Positions 46,722 to 55,650 of a stretch of DNA of 64,000 bases are shown in pieces (position 1 is the first letter of the stretch; the number at the start of each line of letters is the position of its first letter). Where the stretch lies: IMG/VR virus record IMGVR_UViG_3300042013_000065. The stretch is one strand, 5' to 3'. The translations under genes were made by a program, and so were the position numbers. Source of the DNA: a virus. The notes beneath the pieces are model-generated. The model ran no database searches. It saw nothing but the letters and a program-made list of their open reading frames with translations, and had not been told where the DNA came from.

Positions 46722-47229
46722 GGTGCACAACCTCTTCCAAGTCAGCGACCGCACGCAACGAGCTTGCCCAATCCTCACGCGGCACGGCTTGGATTCGTGT
46801 AAGTTCGTAACTGTCACCGCGACTTTGCCAAATGCCGTCGATGATTTCTGGCTTGATACCAAACGCCCAAATGGTGCCTTCGCTGTCGAACGCTATGTAA
46901 TTGGTGCCAGCGTAAATATTTAAATCTATACCGATGTAGCGATAGCGTTTATGCGGAACGTGAATCGCCTTGAACGTGCTTACCCAATCTTTCGGTACGT
47001 TCCACATCGTTTCCAGTTCTACAGACGTTTTGCGATTGTTGATCACGCAGTCTTTCACGTGAACAGAACGCAGACGATTCAGCGACGGAACCATTTCGGA
47101 AAGCAGGCGATATTGCTTCGGCGTTAAACCGATACCTGCCTGTGCAATTACGGAAAGATTATTTACCAGTGCGTTTGCGTCTTCCAGCGCACGGGAAATG
47201 CTATCGCTATCTTGATAATCGACGTTCAT
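46708..47229 (-). CDS. Hypothetical protein with duplicated C-terminal domain
   Basis: Start MNVDY with GGAGG RBS; GTNYIAFD....WAFG..P....W....W..SLRAVADL. Confidence 0.65.
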   Translation of the reverse strand: MNVDYQDSDSISRALEDANALVNNLSVIAQAGIGLTPKQYRLLSEMVPSLNRLRSVHVKDCVINNRKTSVELETMWNVPKDWVSTFKAIHVPHKRYRYIGIDLNIYAGTNYIAFDSEGTIWAFGIKPEIIDGIWQSRGDSYELTRIQAVPREDWASSLRAVADLEEVVHHDYP

Positions 47230-47558
47230 TTTGTAGCCTCCACAATTGCACGGCCTTTGTAATGATACAGGCGCCACACCGAACGCGGCCAGATAACGCC
47301 TTGCCACAACGAGAAACAAACCACCGTCACCGCAATGACCATGCACACGACAGGCGCAGGCAGATAGTTGCGCTGTACAGTCACCACAAAACGTTTGAAC
47401 ATTTGCACACGGGCTTCTGCGTGCGCTTGCGTCATACCGTACAAAACCACCCGCTTTCCGTGTATGGCGTCACGCATGTTGCAGCATTCGAAATAAATCT
47501 TCAGCAGCGCCCACGAAAAACCTAGAACCACATAAGCTTTAACCAGAAATGACAACAC
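47226..47558 (-). CDS. Membrane protein
   Basis: Two hydrophobic segments. Confidence 0.55.
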   Translation of the reverse strand: MLSFLVKAYVVLGFSWALLKIYFECCNMRDAIHGKRVVLYGMTQAHAEARVQMFKRFVVTVQRNYLPAPVVCMVIAVTVVCFSLWQGVIWPRSVWRLYHYKGRAIVEATK

Positions 47559-47820
47559 TTTTCTTTTTCCTCATGATCCAACGTTTATGGGCGACCACGG
47601 CAGACATCATACCGAAAGCCCCGCCTGCACCACACGCGAAAACCATTGTCCATGTCGTGGTGCCTGCAATGAATTTGATGATTGCAAAGTCCAGTGCCGC
47701 CATGCAAAAGCTTGTGGCGCCGATAGACCAAATCATATCGTGCTGAACATTCTTGTGCTGAATCCCTTTGAGAAACACAGACGTAAATGTCACAGCAAAT
47801 GCAATGGCGTACTGTTCCAT
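47539..47820 (-). CDS. Three-TM membrane protein, paralog of 42199..42585
   Basis: VFLKGIQHKNV...G.GG..GM....H. Confidence 0.7.
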   Translation of the reverse strand: MEQYAIAFAVTFTSVFLKGIQHKNVQHDMIWSIGATSFCMAALDFAIIKFIAGTTTWTMVFACGAGGAFGMMSAVVAHKRWIMRKKKSVVISG

Positions 47821-47821
47821 T

Positions 47822-48325
47822 TTACGCTTCCTGATTGAAAGGAATACCAGCAGCTTTACGGCGACGAACTTCGGAAAGCGACAGGTTGTATTTCGCAGCA
47901 ATTTCTTTCACTGTGCCTTCGGCGTGCGGCTGCGTTTGTGCAACGAATTCTTTGCGGCGCATTTCCATCACGCGGGCCTGTTGATCCGGTGCACCACCTT
48001 TGCCGTTACGGCCCACCATACGACGGTCGTATGCGTCCAGTGCAGCGAACAGGGATTCCGTGCGTTGTTGGTCGTGCGAAATGCCAGCGGCCTTGAGCTT
48101 GAACACGTCCATTTGATTGTCGATCAATGGAGTGCTGCATTCTTCGGCATTGGTGGCATAACGGTCGTGCAATGCGTAGAACAAACCGAGGCGCAATTCT
48201 TTGTCGAAAACACCGTGCGCAATATCGGTTACATATTCGCGTGCGTTCACGATGTCGTGTAGCAGCGACATACCAACGAGGGTACGCTCTTCGATGGTCA
48301 GCAAAGTTTCAGCAGTAATCGACAT
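47822..48325 (-). CDS. Hypothetical protein with C-terminal HTH-like motif
   Basis: GTVKEIAAKYNLSLSEVRRRKAAG. Confidence 0.6.
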   Translation of the reverse strand: MSITAETLLTIEERTLVGMSLLHDIVNAREYVTDIAHGVFDKELRLGLFYALHDRYATNAEECSTPLIDNQMDVFKLKAAGISHDQQRTESLFAALDAYDRRMVGRNGKGGAPDQQARVMEMRRKEFVAQTQPHAEGTVKEIAAKYNLSLSEVRRRKAAGIPFNQEA

Positions 48326-48334
48326 GGTAATTCC

Positions 48335-48736
48335 TTAAATCAAATGGATTGCATAAATGGCGTAGGTAACGTCCTGCTGTGATACAAGACGATCAAGTGC
48401 GTGCAGTAATTCTCTTCGCACACTCATACAACGACAAGCCGGATAAACGTCAACAGCGTAGTAAATGAAATCGCTATCATGTATTTTAACCTGCACAAAA
48501 ACATGACCGAGAGCGGCTTCGTGCTGCGCAACAATTTTTTCCTGTTCCGCGTATTCCGGCTGGTCTTCTTTAACCCAACCGTTATTGAAATTGCGAATCA
48601 GATCATACGTCGTCTGATTCATTGGCGGGCCGAGCTTTACGGATTTCATAATGCTCAGCGGATTCTGGCCTTGGCCCAAAGGAATCATTGTTAAATTCTC
48701 CGAATGTCCCATTGGTCGAGGCGCTGCGGCCCCCAC
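48335..48736 (-). CDS. Hypothetical protein
   Basis: 133-aa ORF. Confidence 0.55.
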   Translation of the reverse strand: MGAAAPRPMGHSENLTMIPLGQGQNPLSIMKSVKLGPPMNQTTYDLIRNFNNGWVKEDQPEYAEQEKIVAQHEAALGHVFVQVKIHDSDFIYYAVDVYPACRCMSVRRELLHALDRLVSQQDVTYAIYAIHLI

Positions 48737-49023
48737 ATTTTTAGTGCTTCCATTGCATCGTCGTCGAGCAACAAAGCTTGATGCGCGGTGCAGTGCAAAT
48801 ACGCCATGCCTTGCAGACGTGTCTTGCCGTCAGTGTACGCCACGTGTGCGTCACGCTGGCCGCATTTCAGCGAATGCAAAACGTATTCGCCAAGCGTTTT
48901 ATTTGCCGTGCGAAGAATCCACGAATATCCGTGCGGTAACGGCTTGCCCGCCAACAAATATTCCAGCGCGTCTTCTGCACTTATGCCAAAGACGTTACCT
49001 TTCAGAATTGGATGCTCAACCAC
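48691..49023 (-). CDS. Hypothetical protein
   Basis: Likely GTG start just after the upstream stop, GGAG RBS. Confidence 0.5.
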   Translation of the reverse strand: MVEHPILKGNVFGISAEDALEYLLAGKPLPHGYSWILRTANKTLGEYVLHSLKCGQRDAHVAYTDGKTRLQGMAYLHCTAHQALLLDDDAMEALKMWGPQRLDQWDIRRI

Positions 49024-49024
49024 T

Positions 49025-49447
49025 TTACAGTCTCCGAAGAACGCCTTTATTTGCAGGCATTTGAATATTCCAGAATTCCCATGGGCGTTCTGCGTTGAAG
49101 GCCGAAGGCGCGTTGTGTCTGTCGTCGATTGTGCTAATGATGAATTCAATCAACGCGGGCAGCATGCAGTCTTTGTGCAGGAACGGCGGCGCCTCTACGA
49201 TGTCGTAAAGACGTTCATCGTTTACATTTTTCATAGTGACGTAGATCGACACACCCGTGATACCGAACGAATCGTTCATTGCAGCGAGCTTGGGCTTGTC
49301 CTCTGCAAACTTTTCGCGATCTTCGTTAGTGAGGCCATAGCCGTGCATGCGACGTTGGTTGAATCGGCCACAGGCCCTACGAAGTTCCCCAAGTTCGGCC
49401 CACTGTTCTTGCGTCAAAGTGTTGATGAATTTCACACTACGAAACAT
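49025..49447 (-). CDS. Hypothetical protein
   Basis: Start MFRSVK with GGAGG RBS. Confidence 0.6.
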   Translation of the reverse strand: MFRSVKFINTLTQEQWAELGELRRACGRFNQRRMHGYGLTNEDREKFAEDKPKLAAMNDSFGITGVSIYVTMKNVNDERLYDIVEAPPFLHKDCMLPALIEFIISTIDDRHNAPSAFNAERPWEFWNIQMPANKGVLRRL

Positions 49448-49601
49448 TGCTTCCTCCAGACCAATACACGGCGCATTTGCATTCTGCGCAGGCCATGTAC
49501 CAGAGTTTGTATTTGCTGTTCCACGTTTCAACAAAACGCCCGGTGTGTCCACGAACGCAGGTCACAATCTGTTTACTTTGTTTTGGTTCTTTCTTGTGCA
49601 T
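49437..49601 (-). CDS. Small Cys/His Zn-finger-like protein (54 aa, not in ORF track)
   Basis: MHKKEPK...CVRGH...CAECKC...SNVS*. Confidence 0.5.
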   Translation of the reverse strand: MHKKEPKQSKQIVTCVRGHTGRFVETWNSKYKLWYMACAECKCAVYWSGGSNVS

Positions 49602-49614
49602 TTTCTGCGTCCAC

Positions 49615-49643
49615 AAAGAGAAATGGCGAACCGAAGTCCGCCA
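49615..49643 (-). terminator. Rho-independent terminator with cUUCGg tetraloop
   Basis: - strand tggcggac-ttcg-gttcgcca-tttctcttt, right after the lyase gene. Confidence 0.8.
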
Positions 49644-49655
49644 CCTTTATTTCTG

Positions 49656-50366
49656 TTAATCGTGTGTTATTTCCAGCTTGTGAATCAGTGCTGCGCTACC
49701 TTCAGTGTCGAGGGTAAATTCGGTTGGATCTTCTTGGTTGTAAACGCCAGCCTTGAAGTACAAACCTTGCGCCTTCCAACTTTCGTCAAAAGGCAGCGTG
49801 ATATTTCCAGTTTGTTTCTGTCCGTTCGCGTCGGTGAAACTCGACGAAAACAAAACAGCTCCAGAGGCAGTCACGTGAATGTTGAACGTGAACCGCGTAC
49901 CGACTGGAATGTCACGCATCAGCACGTAATCGACAGGATTTACCTGATCGAATGTTGTGCGAAAACCAACAGTCAATTGGCCGATGCCGTCAGCAGCTTT
50001 ATCGAACGAAAGTTTTACAGGCGGTCGGGTATTTCCGTGTACGTGGATTTGCCCGATTACTGTTTCACCTTTTTTCGGAACTTGCAGCACGGTCATTGCC
50101 ACACGCAGCCAGTGGTGTGCAAAGACAGGATAGCGCCAGTTGTAGACGATACCGTTTTCGATGCACTCGCGCAGCTCAGTACGCGTACGGCTGGTAGACT
50201 TTGACGACACGCCTTTAGTCGGTGCCCACAATTTCAAATCACCGTTCGGCAACACCGAAAAGAATTCGTTTTGCGGGAAAGAACCGGGCGGGTAAATGAT
50301 GCTTACCGTACTACCCGGATACTTTGGTTCTGGTGTTGTGAGATTCAACAAATCGAGATTAATCAT
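49656..50366 (-). CDS. Polysaccharide lyase family 7 (alginate lyase)
   Basis: All three PL7 motifs: RTELRE, IGQIH, YFKAGVYNQ; start MINLD with GGAG RBS; no signal peptide. Confidence 0.92.
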   Translation of the reverse strand: MINLDLLNLTTPEPKYPGSTVSIIYPPGSFPQNEFFSVLPNGDLKLWAPTKGVSSKSTSRTRTELRECIENGIVYNWRYPVFAHHWLRVAMTVLQVPKKGETVIGQIHVHGNTRPPVKLSFDKAADGIGQLTVGFRTTFDQVNPVDYVLMRDIPVGTRFTFNIHVTASGAVLFSSSFTDANGQKQTGNITLPFDESWKAQGLYFKAGVYNQEDPTEFTLDTEGSAALIHKLEITHD

Positions 50367-50376
50367 TTGTCTCCAG

Positions 50377-50616
50377 TTAGCCGATTTTGAAATCCATTTT
50401 GATATCAAGGTCGGCGGCGAGCATGATCACCCGCGCCAGTGGGACGCTGCCCTTACCCGAAATCAAATTGTACAGGTCGATTTTCGAAATGCCGAATTTC
50501 TTCGTCACGTCTACTTGGGTCAAACCACGGCGCACAATTTCGGCACCAATTTTTTCTTTGAGTGTTGTGCTGATATCGTCGATCAACACTTGCCCTTTTG
50601 TTATGCCCCGGCTCAT
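50377..50616 (-). CDS. XRE-family HTH regulator
   Basis: IVRRGLTQVDVTKKFGISKIDLYNLISGK...L. Confidence 0.75.
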   Translation of the reverse strand: MSRGITKGQVLIDDISTTLKEKIGAEIVRRGLTQVDVTKKFGISKIDLYNLISGKGSVPLARVIMLAADLDIKMDFKIG

Positions 50617-50629
50617 TATTTCTTTCCGT

Positions 50630-51820
50630 TTATTTTACGTTTACCCATTCCTTGTTGTCCTTATCCCACAACAAAGTATTGGAACTTTTCATTTGGATGA
50701 ACTGACTGCTTGGAGCGTCGTAAACGCGCCAGCCGCCTTTGTCGAAGTTGACCACCCACGGCGCGTTGCTGTTTTCACGAACGTACAAACGACGAACGTG
50801 TACAACGGCGTTTTGATCAATGCAAAACATGAACCGGCTGAACTCGACCGTGCCGTCGTGCGAATACGCCATGACTTGCACGAAATAACATCCGTCAACG
50901 AATGCGAGTGGCGGCAAATCCCCCGGTGCATATTTTCGGAAGTCGAAAACCACAACCTTCGATTCGGATGCGCCCGCCTGAATTGATTCTTCGTTGGTGA
51001 TACCTGCGTACAACGGATGGTCGCCGTAGTTCGCACGAATGAAACCAACGTTCACAGGTTGCCGGTCGTAAAGTCCTGTGAAGAACACACCGAATTCTGC
51101 CGCGACCATGTTAGCCGTTCGGTAGAAAGCGGAATAAGAACCGTCAACGGCTTCGTCAATATCGTCGATATCAGGAACGCCGTGGTCAGTGATAATTATT
51201 ACACCGTTGCCAGCTTCACGATACTGCACAAATGCTTGCACAGCTTCTTTCGTAATCAGTGGAACACCCGGATAATTCGAAGACATCAGAACCACACAGC
51301 AGAACTGATCAAGCGTTGCCATGCTTGGATTCAGAACGCCGCCGTAGTCCGTAACCGAAAGGAACGAAGCGTTGAAACCAGCAGCCGCACAAACGCGCTG
51401 CATACTGATTGCGAAGTCTGTACCGCGTGAACCTTTCAGCGTGTAGTTTGCTGCATCGTCCGGCGCATCGCCGAGGAACAAAACGTTTCGAGCTTTACCC
51501 GGCTTCGCGCAGAAATTGAGCGCGTTAAACAGGAACTTGAAACTGCCATTCAGTTGAGCAAAACCTGAACCGGCTGGCGGCGCATACACGTTGTAAAACT
51601 TTGGAAAACCACCATCGAAAACAGCATTGCCGCGACCATCTTGTGTCACTGCCAGAAACGGATTCGGCGGCTGCAACTGATCATAAGCAATGTATTGAGC
51701 GAGCGTCGGCGCCCGCCCGTTGATTGTGTAGGAAACCCACGCAACGCTTGGGTCAACAATCCACTTCGCTTCTGTTTTCTTTTTGTATGTTCCTTGTGCA
51801 ATGTCAAAATTGACTTTCAT
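50630..51820 (-). CDS. Putative virion/tail-associated protein of jumbo phages
   Basis: PNPFLAVTQDGRGN.VFDGGFPKFYN and IITDHG motifs recalled from jumbo-phage structural proteins. Confidence 0.45.
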   Translation of the reverse strand: MKVNFDIAQGTYKKKTEAKWIVDPSVAWVSYTINGRAPTLAQYIAYDQLQPPNPFLAVTQDGRGNAVFDGGFPKFYNVYAPPAGSGFAQLNGSFKFLFNALNFCAKPGKARNVLFLGDAPDDAANYTLKGSRGTDFAISMQRVCAAAGFNASFLSVTDYGGVLNPSMATLDQFCCVVLMSSNYPGVPLITKEAVQAFVQYREAGNGVIIITDHGVPDIDDIDEAVDGSYSAFYRTANMVAAEFGVFFTGLYDRQPVNVGFIRANYGDHPLYAGITNEESIQAGASESKVVVFDFRKYAPGDLPPLAFVDGCYFVQVMAYSHDGTVEFSRFMFCIDQNAVVHVRRLYVRENSNAPWVVNFDKGGWRVYDAPSSQFIQMKSSNTLLWDKDNKEWVNVK

Positions 51821-51834
51821 TTGTTTCTAGCCCT

Positions 51835-52221
51835 TTATGTGTGGGTAGGGCAGTCCAGTGCTTGCCAAACTGCGAACGCGGTTTCCCGTGCTTCCATCGG
51901 GGATTTAACCGCATACTTTAAATTAACAGAAGGGCCTTCGTCAGAATCGCGTTGAATGTGCACTTCGGCTTCGTAAATAAAACGAGGCACGCCGCTATCT
52001 GCAATGAACGTCGGATAAACTGACATATCATAAACGTAAATCCAGATGTCGTACGCAATTTCATCCGGCTTGTCTTCAGTGCGCACACGATAGCGCCACG
52101 AATGAACCAGATTTTTAGGCGGATTGTGAATGGCGATCAAACCGTTCATATCGCGGAAAGCGGAATCGTCGCGAAATTGCGTGTAGGTGAAATCCCGAAA
52201 CAACGCTCTGTCTTCAGTCAT
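51835..52221 (-). CDS. Hypothetical protein
   Basis: AAGGA RBS. Confidence 0.6.
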   Translation of the reverse strand: MTEDRALFRDFTYTQFRDDSAFRDMNGLIAIHNPPKNLVHSWRYRVRTEDKPDEIAYDIWIYVYDMSVYPTFIADSGVPRFIYEAEVHIQRDSDEGPSVNLKYAVKSPMEARETAFAVWQALDCPTHT

Positions 52222-52232
52222 GACCGAATTCC

Positions 52233-52826
52233 TTAAATGTGAACTTTGAAGTTATTCCACTGATCGTGCCCGCGCACCAAACGTTCCATGGAACTACGAA
52301 CACCATGTAGGTGCATGTAATACATTTCACGTTCGTGATTCAGCGGGCCGTTTTCTTCCTCTTCAATCTGCTTTTTGTCCAGCAGGTTGTCGGCGTAGTA
52401 CCCAACCAATTCGAAAATGTCAGAAAGCATCGTGTGACGAATAGACCACTCTGCATCTTTGAGCGGAACCGAAAGATAAACGCTGAAACGGTAATGCACT
52501 AACCCGTTGTCTTGTGCAGTGCGACGCAGATTTTCAAACGCATGCCGCAACAGGATTTGGTGACGCTTGGCGAGAACATATTGCATGCGTGCTTCAGGAT
52601 TGCGCGAATCAATTACACGCATAGGCTTGTCGAATTGCTCGCCCAATTCCAGCAACTGTTTTTCGCATTCTGCTACGCGCACAGTGCAGCGATCCAGCAC
52701 GCCTTTCAGCAGCATGTACAGAATTGCCATGTCTTCGTTTTCGATTACGCTTTTCGTTGTCCAGTGCGCAACGTACATGCTCAGGTCAACTTCGATCCAG
52801 CGTGGTTTCTTTTCGTACTGGCTCAT
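52233..52826 (-). CDS. Hypothetical protein
   Basis: 197-aa coupled ORF. Confidence 0.65.
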   Translation of the reverse strand: MSQYEKKPRWIEVDLSMYVAHWTTKSVIENEDMAILYMLLKGVLDRCTVRVAECEKQLLELGEQFDKPMRVIDSRNPEARMQYVLAKRHQILLRHAFENLRRTAQDNGLVHYRFSVYLSVPLKDAEWSIRHTMLSDIFELVGYYADNLLDKKQIEEEENGPLNHEREMYYMHLHGVRSSMERLVRGHDQWNNFKVHI

Positions 52827-53125
52827 TCGTGTTCACTCATAATGTCACGCTCAACCAGAACGCGCCGCCAATCAAAATTCAGGTTAGGGCCACCGAAACG
52901 CGATTCGTTGACCATGTAGCAAAGCTGATCGAAATTCGACACAACCGTTTTCGTGTCGTAACGCATCGTGACGGTCAGCGAACTATCGTTGCGCACAACT
53001 GCAACCAACGGCCCGCCGCGTGTACCTGCGTTGATGTCGTAGTAGTATTCATCGTCCTTTTTACGTACGGTGAATTCCAAATCGTTTTTCAACATTTCTT
53101 CAAGGATAGGATGGAACATTTTCAT
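52823..53125 (-). CDS. Hypothetical protein
   Basis: AGGGG RBS. Confidence 0.6.
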   Translation of the reverse strand: MKMFHPILEEMLKNDLEFTVRKKDDEYYYDINAGTRGGPLVAVVRNDSSLTVTMRYDTKTVVSNFDQLCYMVNESRFGGPNLNFDWRRVLVERDIMSEHE

Positions 53126-53133
53126 GTACCCCT

Positions 53134-53715
53134 TTACAGTTTTGATTCGGTGGTGGGCAATCCCAAAACCGTAGACGCATGCGCTAACGCGGCGTCAACA
53201 TCGGCACCGGGCGTCATGAGCTGTTCTGCGCATTCAGTTAGGCCCAAGCGTTTACGACACTCCGCGTCTTCAGCCAGAACGGCCTGTAGGATAGGCTCAG
53301 GGATCGTTAGCCCTAAACGCGCCTCCTTCTCTGCCTGCAATCGCTTATCGCGCTCTAAACGCCGTACACGCTGTTTGGCGGCGATTGCGTGCCAGCGGCG
53401 GTGCATGATCATGTCGCTAGGCGTTTCGAAGTGGAAAGGCCCGGTGCCGTCTTCGGTCAGCAGATTGCCGAACGTGTTGAAACGATGGCGCGTGATTTTG
53501 TCCTTGAGGTGCAAAACCAATTCGACGTGTTCAAAACTGATTTTGTCTTCACCAATCAACGTGCGCAAAACGTCGAAGGCGAATTCGTTGGCAATGGTTA
53601 TGTTGCCTTCGGTCTTGCCTTCCAGTTGGTTAAAAATCCGAATGGCCTGCGAATCATTCAGCGCAAGATTACAGCCGAACGTTGACGCTTCAACAATGTA
53701 AGTGACGGTAATCAT
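53134..53715 (-). CDS. Hypothetical protein with a DUF3696-like segment
   Basis: ANEFAFDVLRTLIGEDKISFEHV...RFNTFGNL. Confidence 0.45.
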   Translation of the reverse strand: MITVTYIVEASTFGCNLALNDSQAIRIFNQLEGKTEGNITIANEFAFDVLRTLIGEDKISFEHVELVLHLKDKITRHRFNTFGNLLTEDGTGPFHFETPSDMIMHRRWHAIAAKQRVRRLERDKRLQAEKEARLGLTIPEPILQAVLAEDAECRKRLGLTECAEQLMTPGADVDAALAHASTVLGLPTTESKL

Positions 53716-53724
53716 GGCAACACC

Positions 53725-54051
53725 TTATGCGTGATAAACGACTTGAGGTTCGTTGTGGATTTTGAGAACCATAACAGCGTCTTCAATTTGGCTGTCGTTG
53801 AATTCTTTGCGACTGGCAATGTGGTTGTGCGAAATGACATCGACAACATACGTCCGCGTCTTCAAACCCCAGCGAGGCCCACGTACGTGTTCCGTGACAA
53901 TGCTGGTCATCACATCGCCGTCGAACAATTCGTACATGTGCCCGCGATAGTCTGGCGCGAACGGACGTTTTAGAACTGTGTGCACCACGCGCCGATTCTT
54001 GATATTCAGGCGTAGGAAACCAGCCATGTACGAAGAATAGAAACCAATCAT
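53725..54051 (-). CDS. Hypothetical protein
   Basis: Coupled ORF. Confidence 0.55.
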   Translation of the reverse strand: MIGFYSSYMAGFLRLNIKNRRVVHTVLKRPFAPDYRGHMYELFDGDVMTSIVTEHVRGPRWGLKTRTYVVDVISHNHIASRKEFNDSQIEDAVMVLKIHNEPQVVYHA

Positions 54052-54356
54052 TTTATGCCCATCCTATCTTTCTTTTCTTGAAGGACAACCAAATGACACA
54101 CCAGTTTTTCTAGTGTGCTGAAATGGCGCGTGTGCAGCGTGTTGTTGCTTTTGCATTCGTAGCGGGTATTGCGAGGAAAGAAGAAACCGCGTTCCTGTCT
54201 TTCCTTTACAGTTACATGGATTGGTAACTGTTTTCCTTTGGCGAGGAACGTGTACGTGTGCACGACTTCACTAGGGTTTCTTTCAACCGTGTGGCGGACT
54301 TCGTAGCGATGCAGGAAACGTTCGATAGCAAGTTTGGCTTTTGGTTTGTGGAACAT
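54048..54356 (-). CDS. Hypothetical protein
   Basis: 102-aa ORF. Confidence 0.5.
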   Translation of the reverse strand: MFHKPKAKLAIERFLHRYEVRHTVERNPSEVVHTYTFLAKGKQLPIHVTVKERQERGFFFPRNTRYECKSNNTLHTRHFSTLEKLVCHLVVLQEKKDRMGIK

Positions 54357-54793
54357 TTTTCCAATTCCCTTTGGTCTATTTCAATGTCGGTCAGAGTGGT
54401 TTCCCAATCTGCATGATCCTGATCGGTGAAACACGTAACGTTGTTGGCTCGCCAGAAATCTAGTGAACCGGAAACGCCGCTGCCTGCTTTGCATTTACGA
54501 ATGTCGTCGCCCAAAAGGGCCAGCAGTTTTGTGCCTATGCCTTTGCGACGATAAGTAAGGTCTACAAAAACGGCAACGGTGTACTTGTTCGATTTGCGCG
54601 TGGGACTGCTGCGCACCTTAACGGCCATCGCCGCTACGTAGCGTCCATTTTCTTCGTGCAATTCAATTCTGTACATTTGTGGAAACCGAATTGCATGCCT
54701 GTACATGACGTACATGGCCCATCCAGATTTATACAAATAATTGTCTAAAGCGATTTCAGCTTTTTGCACCGTTGATAGATTCATGCGCTGCAT
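54212..54793 (-). CDS. GNAT-family acetyltransferase
   Basis: VFVDLTYRRKGIGTKLL (motif A, R..G.G), S..FW. Confidence 0.75.
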   Translation of the reverse strand: MQRMNLSTVQKAEIALDNYLYKSGWAMYVMYRHAIRFPQMYRIELHEENGRYVAAMAVKVRSSPTRKSNKYTVAVFVDLTYRRKGIGTKLLALLGDDIRKCKAGSGVSGSLDFWRANNVTCFTDQDHADWETTLTDIEIDQRELEKCSTNQKPNLLSNVSCIATKSATRLKETLVKSCTRTRSSPKENSYQSM

Positions 54794-55436
54794 GCAACTT
54801 CCCCAAACGAAGGTTTACACGATCCAACGCCCGCACAATTCTTTGTGTGCCGAAAGGCGTATCAATCTGATTGTAGTATTTCATCATCGCGTTCAAATAC
54901 AATTCTTCGACGGGCGCACCGATTGGATTGCTGCCCAGCACTTCAGTTTTGAAATTAATTGCGTCGTCGAGAACCCACAATGACTTTGCACTCTTCAGCA
55001 GCATTTCTTCAACGCTGCATTCTACGATGTCATCAATCATCGCGTCATACGAATAGCGGTAGCAGGTGCCGAACGCTTTCATCATCAAAAGCGCTTGAAT
55101 TGCATTCGTGCGAATCTCTGCCCAACTGCCCCGCGTGGTCAGCGGAAAATCATCGTGCCAGCGACCGTACGCAAACAGCGCGTGTGCATAAGGCCGTTTG
55201 AATTCTAACGCTTCGTACTGAAGGCGCGTCGGCTTGCCTGTCAGCTCGAAATCAATGCAGTGCGCCAGTTCGTGCAGGCCCGCTTCCAAAAGACTGTCAG
55301 ACGGCCCCACACGCGTTCCAAACGTGCCGTTCTGATATGCCTTGGCGTTGAATGCGAAACGGATGTTCGGACGACTGAACCAAAGCGGTGTGCTAAACAG
55401 ATCGCGTTCCCTTTCTTCAATTTTGCTGACGGTCAT
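54756..55436 (-). CDS. HExxH (zincin-like) protein
   Basis: GLHELAHC with downstream AEIRTNA. Confidence 0.5.
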   Translation of the reverse strand: MTVSKIEERERDLFSTPLWFSRPNIRFAFNAKAYQNGTFGTRVGPSDSLLEAGLHELAHCIDFELTGKPTRLQYEALEFKRPYAHALFAYGRWHDDFPLTTRGSWAEIRTNAIQALLMMKAFGTCYRYSYDAMIDDIVECSVEEMLLKSAKSLWVLDDAINFKTEVLGSNPIGAPVEELYLNAMMKYYNQIDTPFGTQRIVRALDRVNLRLGKLHAAHESINGAKS

Positions 55437-55650
55437 TTCTGCGTTCCTTTTTGATGTACACGCGGGCCGTGCGCAGACTGCGAAATGTCATGTACAGATA
55501 TTCAGATTTTGGCGAGTTGATAACTACGCCACGATAGAAACACAACAGGTTCCAATCGAACAACATAGGCACACCCGGCACACGTTGAAAACGTTTTACC
55601 AGATTACCAGTTCTTCGCGGCACAATCTCGGAATTGGTTCGAACCGACAT
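55417..55650 (-). CDS. Basic hypothetical protein
   Basis: AAGGA RBS. Confidence 0.5.
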   Translation of the reverse strand: MSVRTNSEIVPRRTGNLVKRFQRVPGVPMLFDWNLLCFYRGVVINSPKSEYLYMTFRSLRTARVYIKKERRNDRQQN

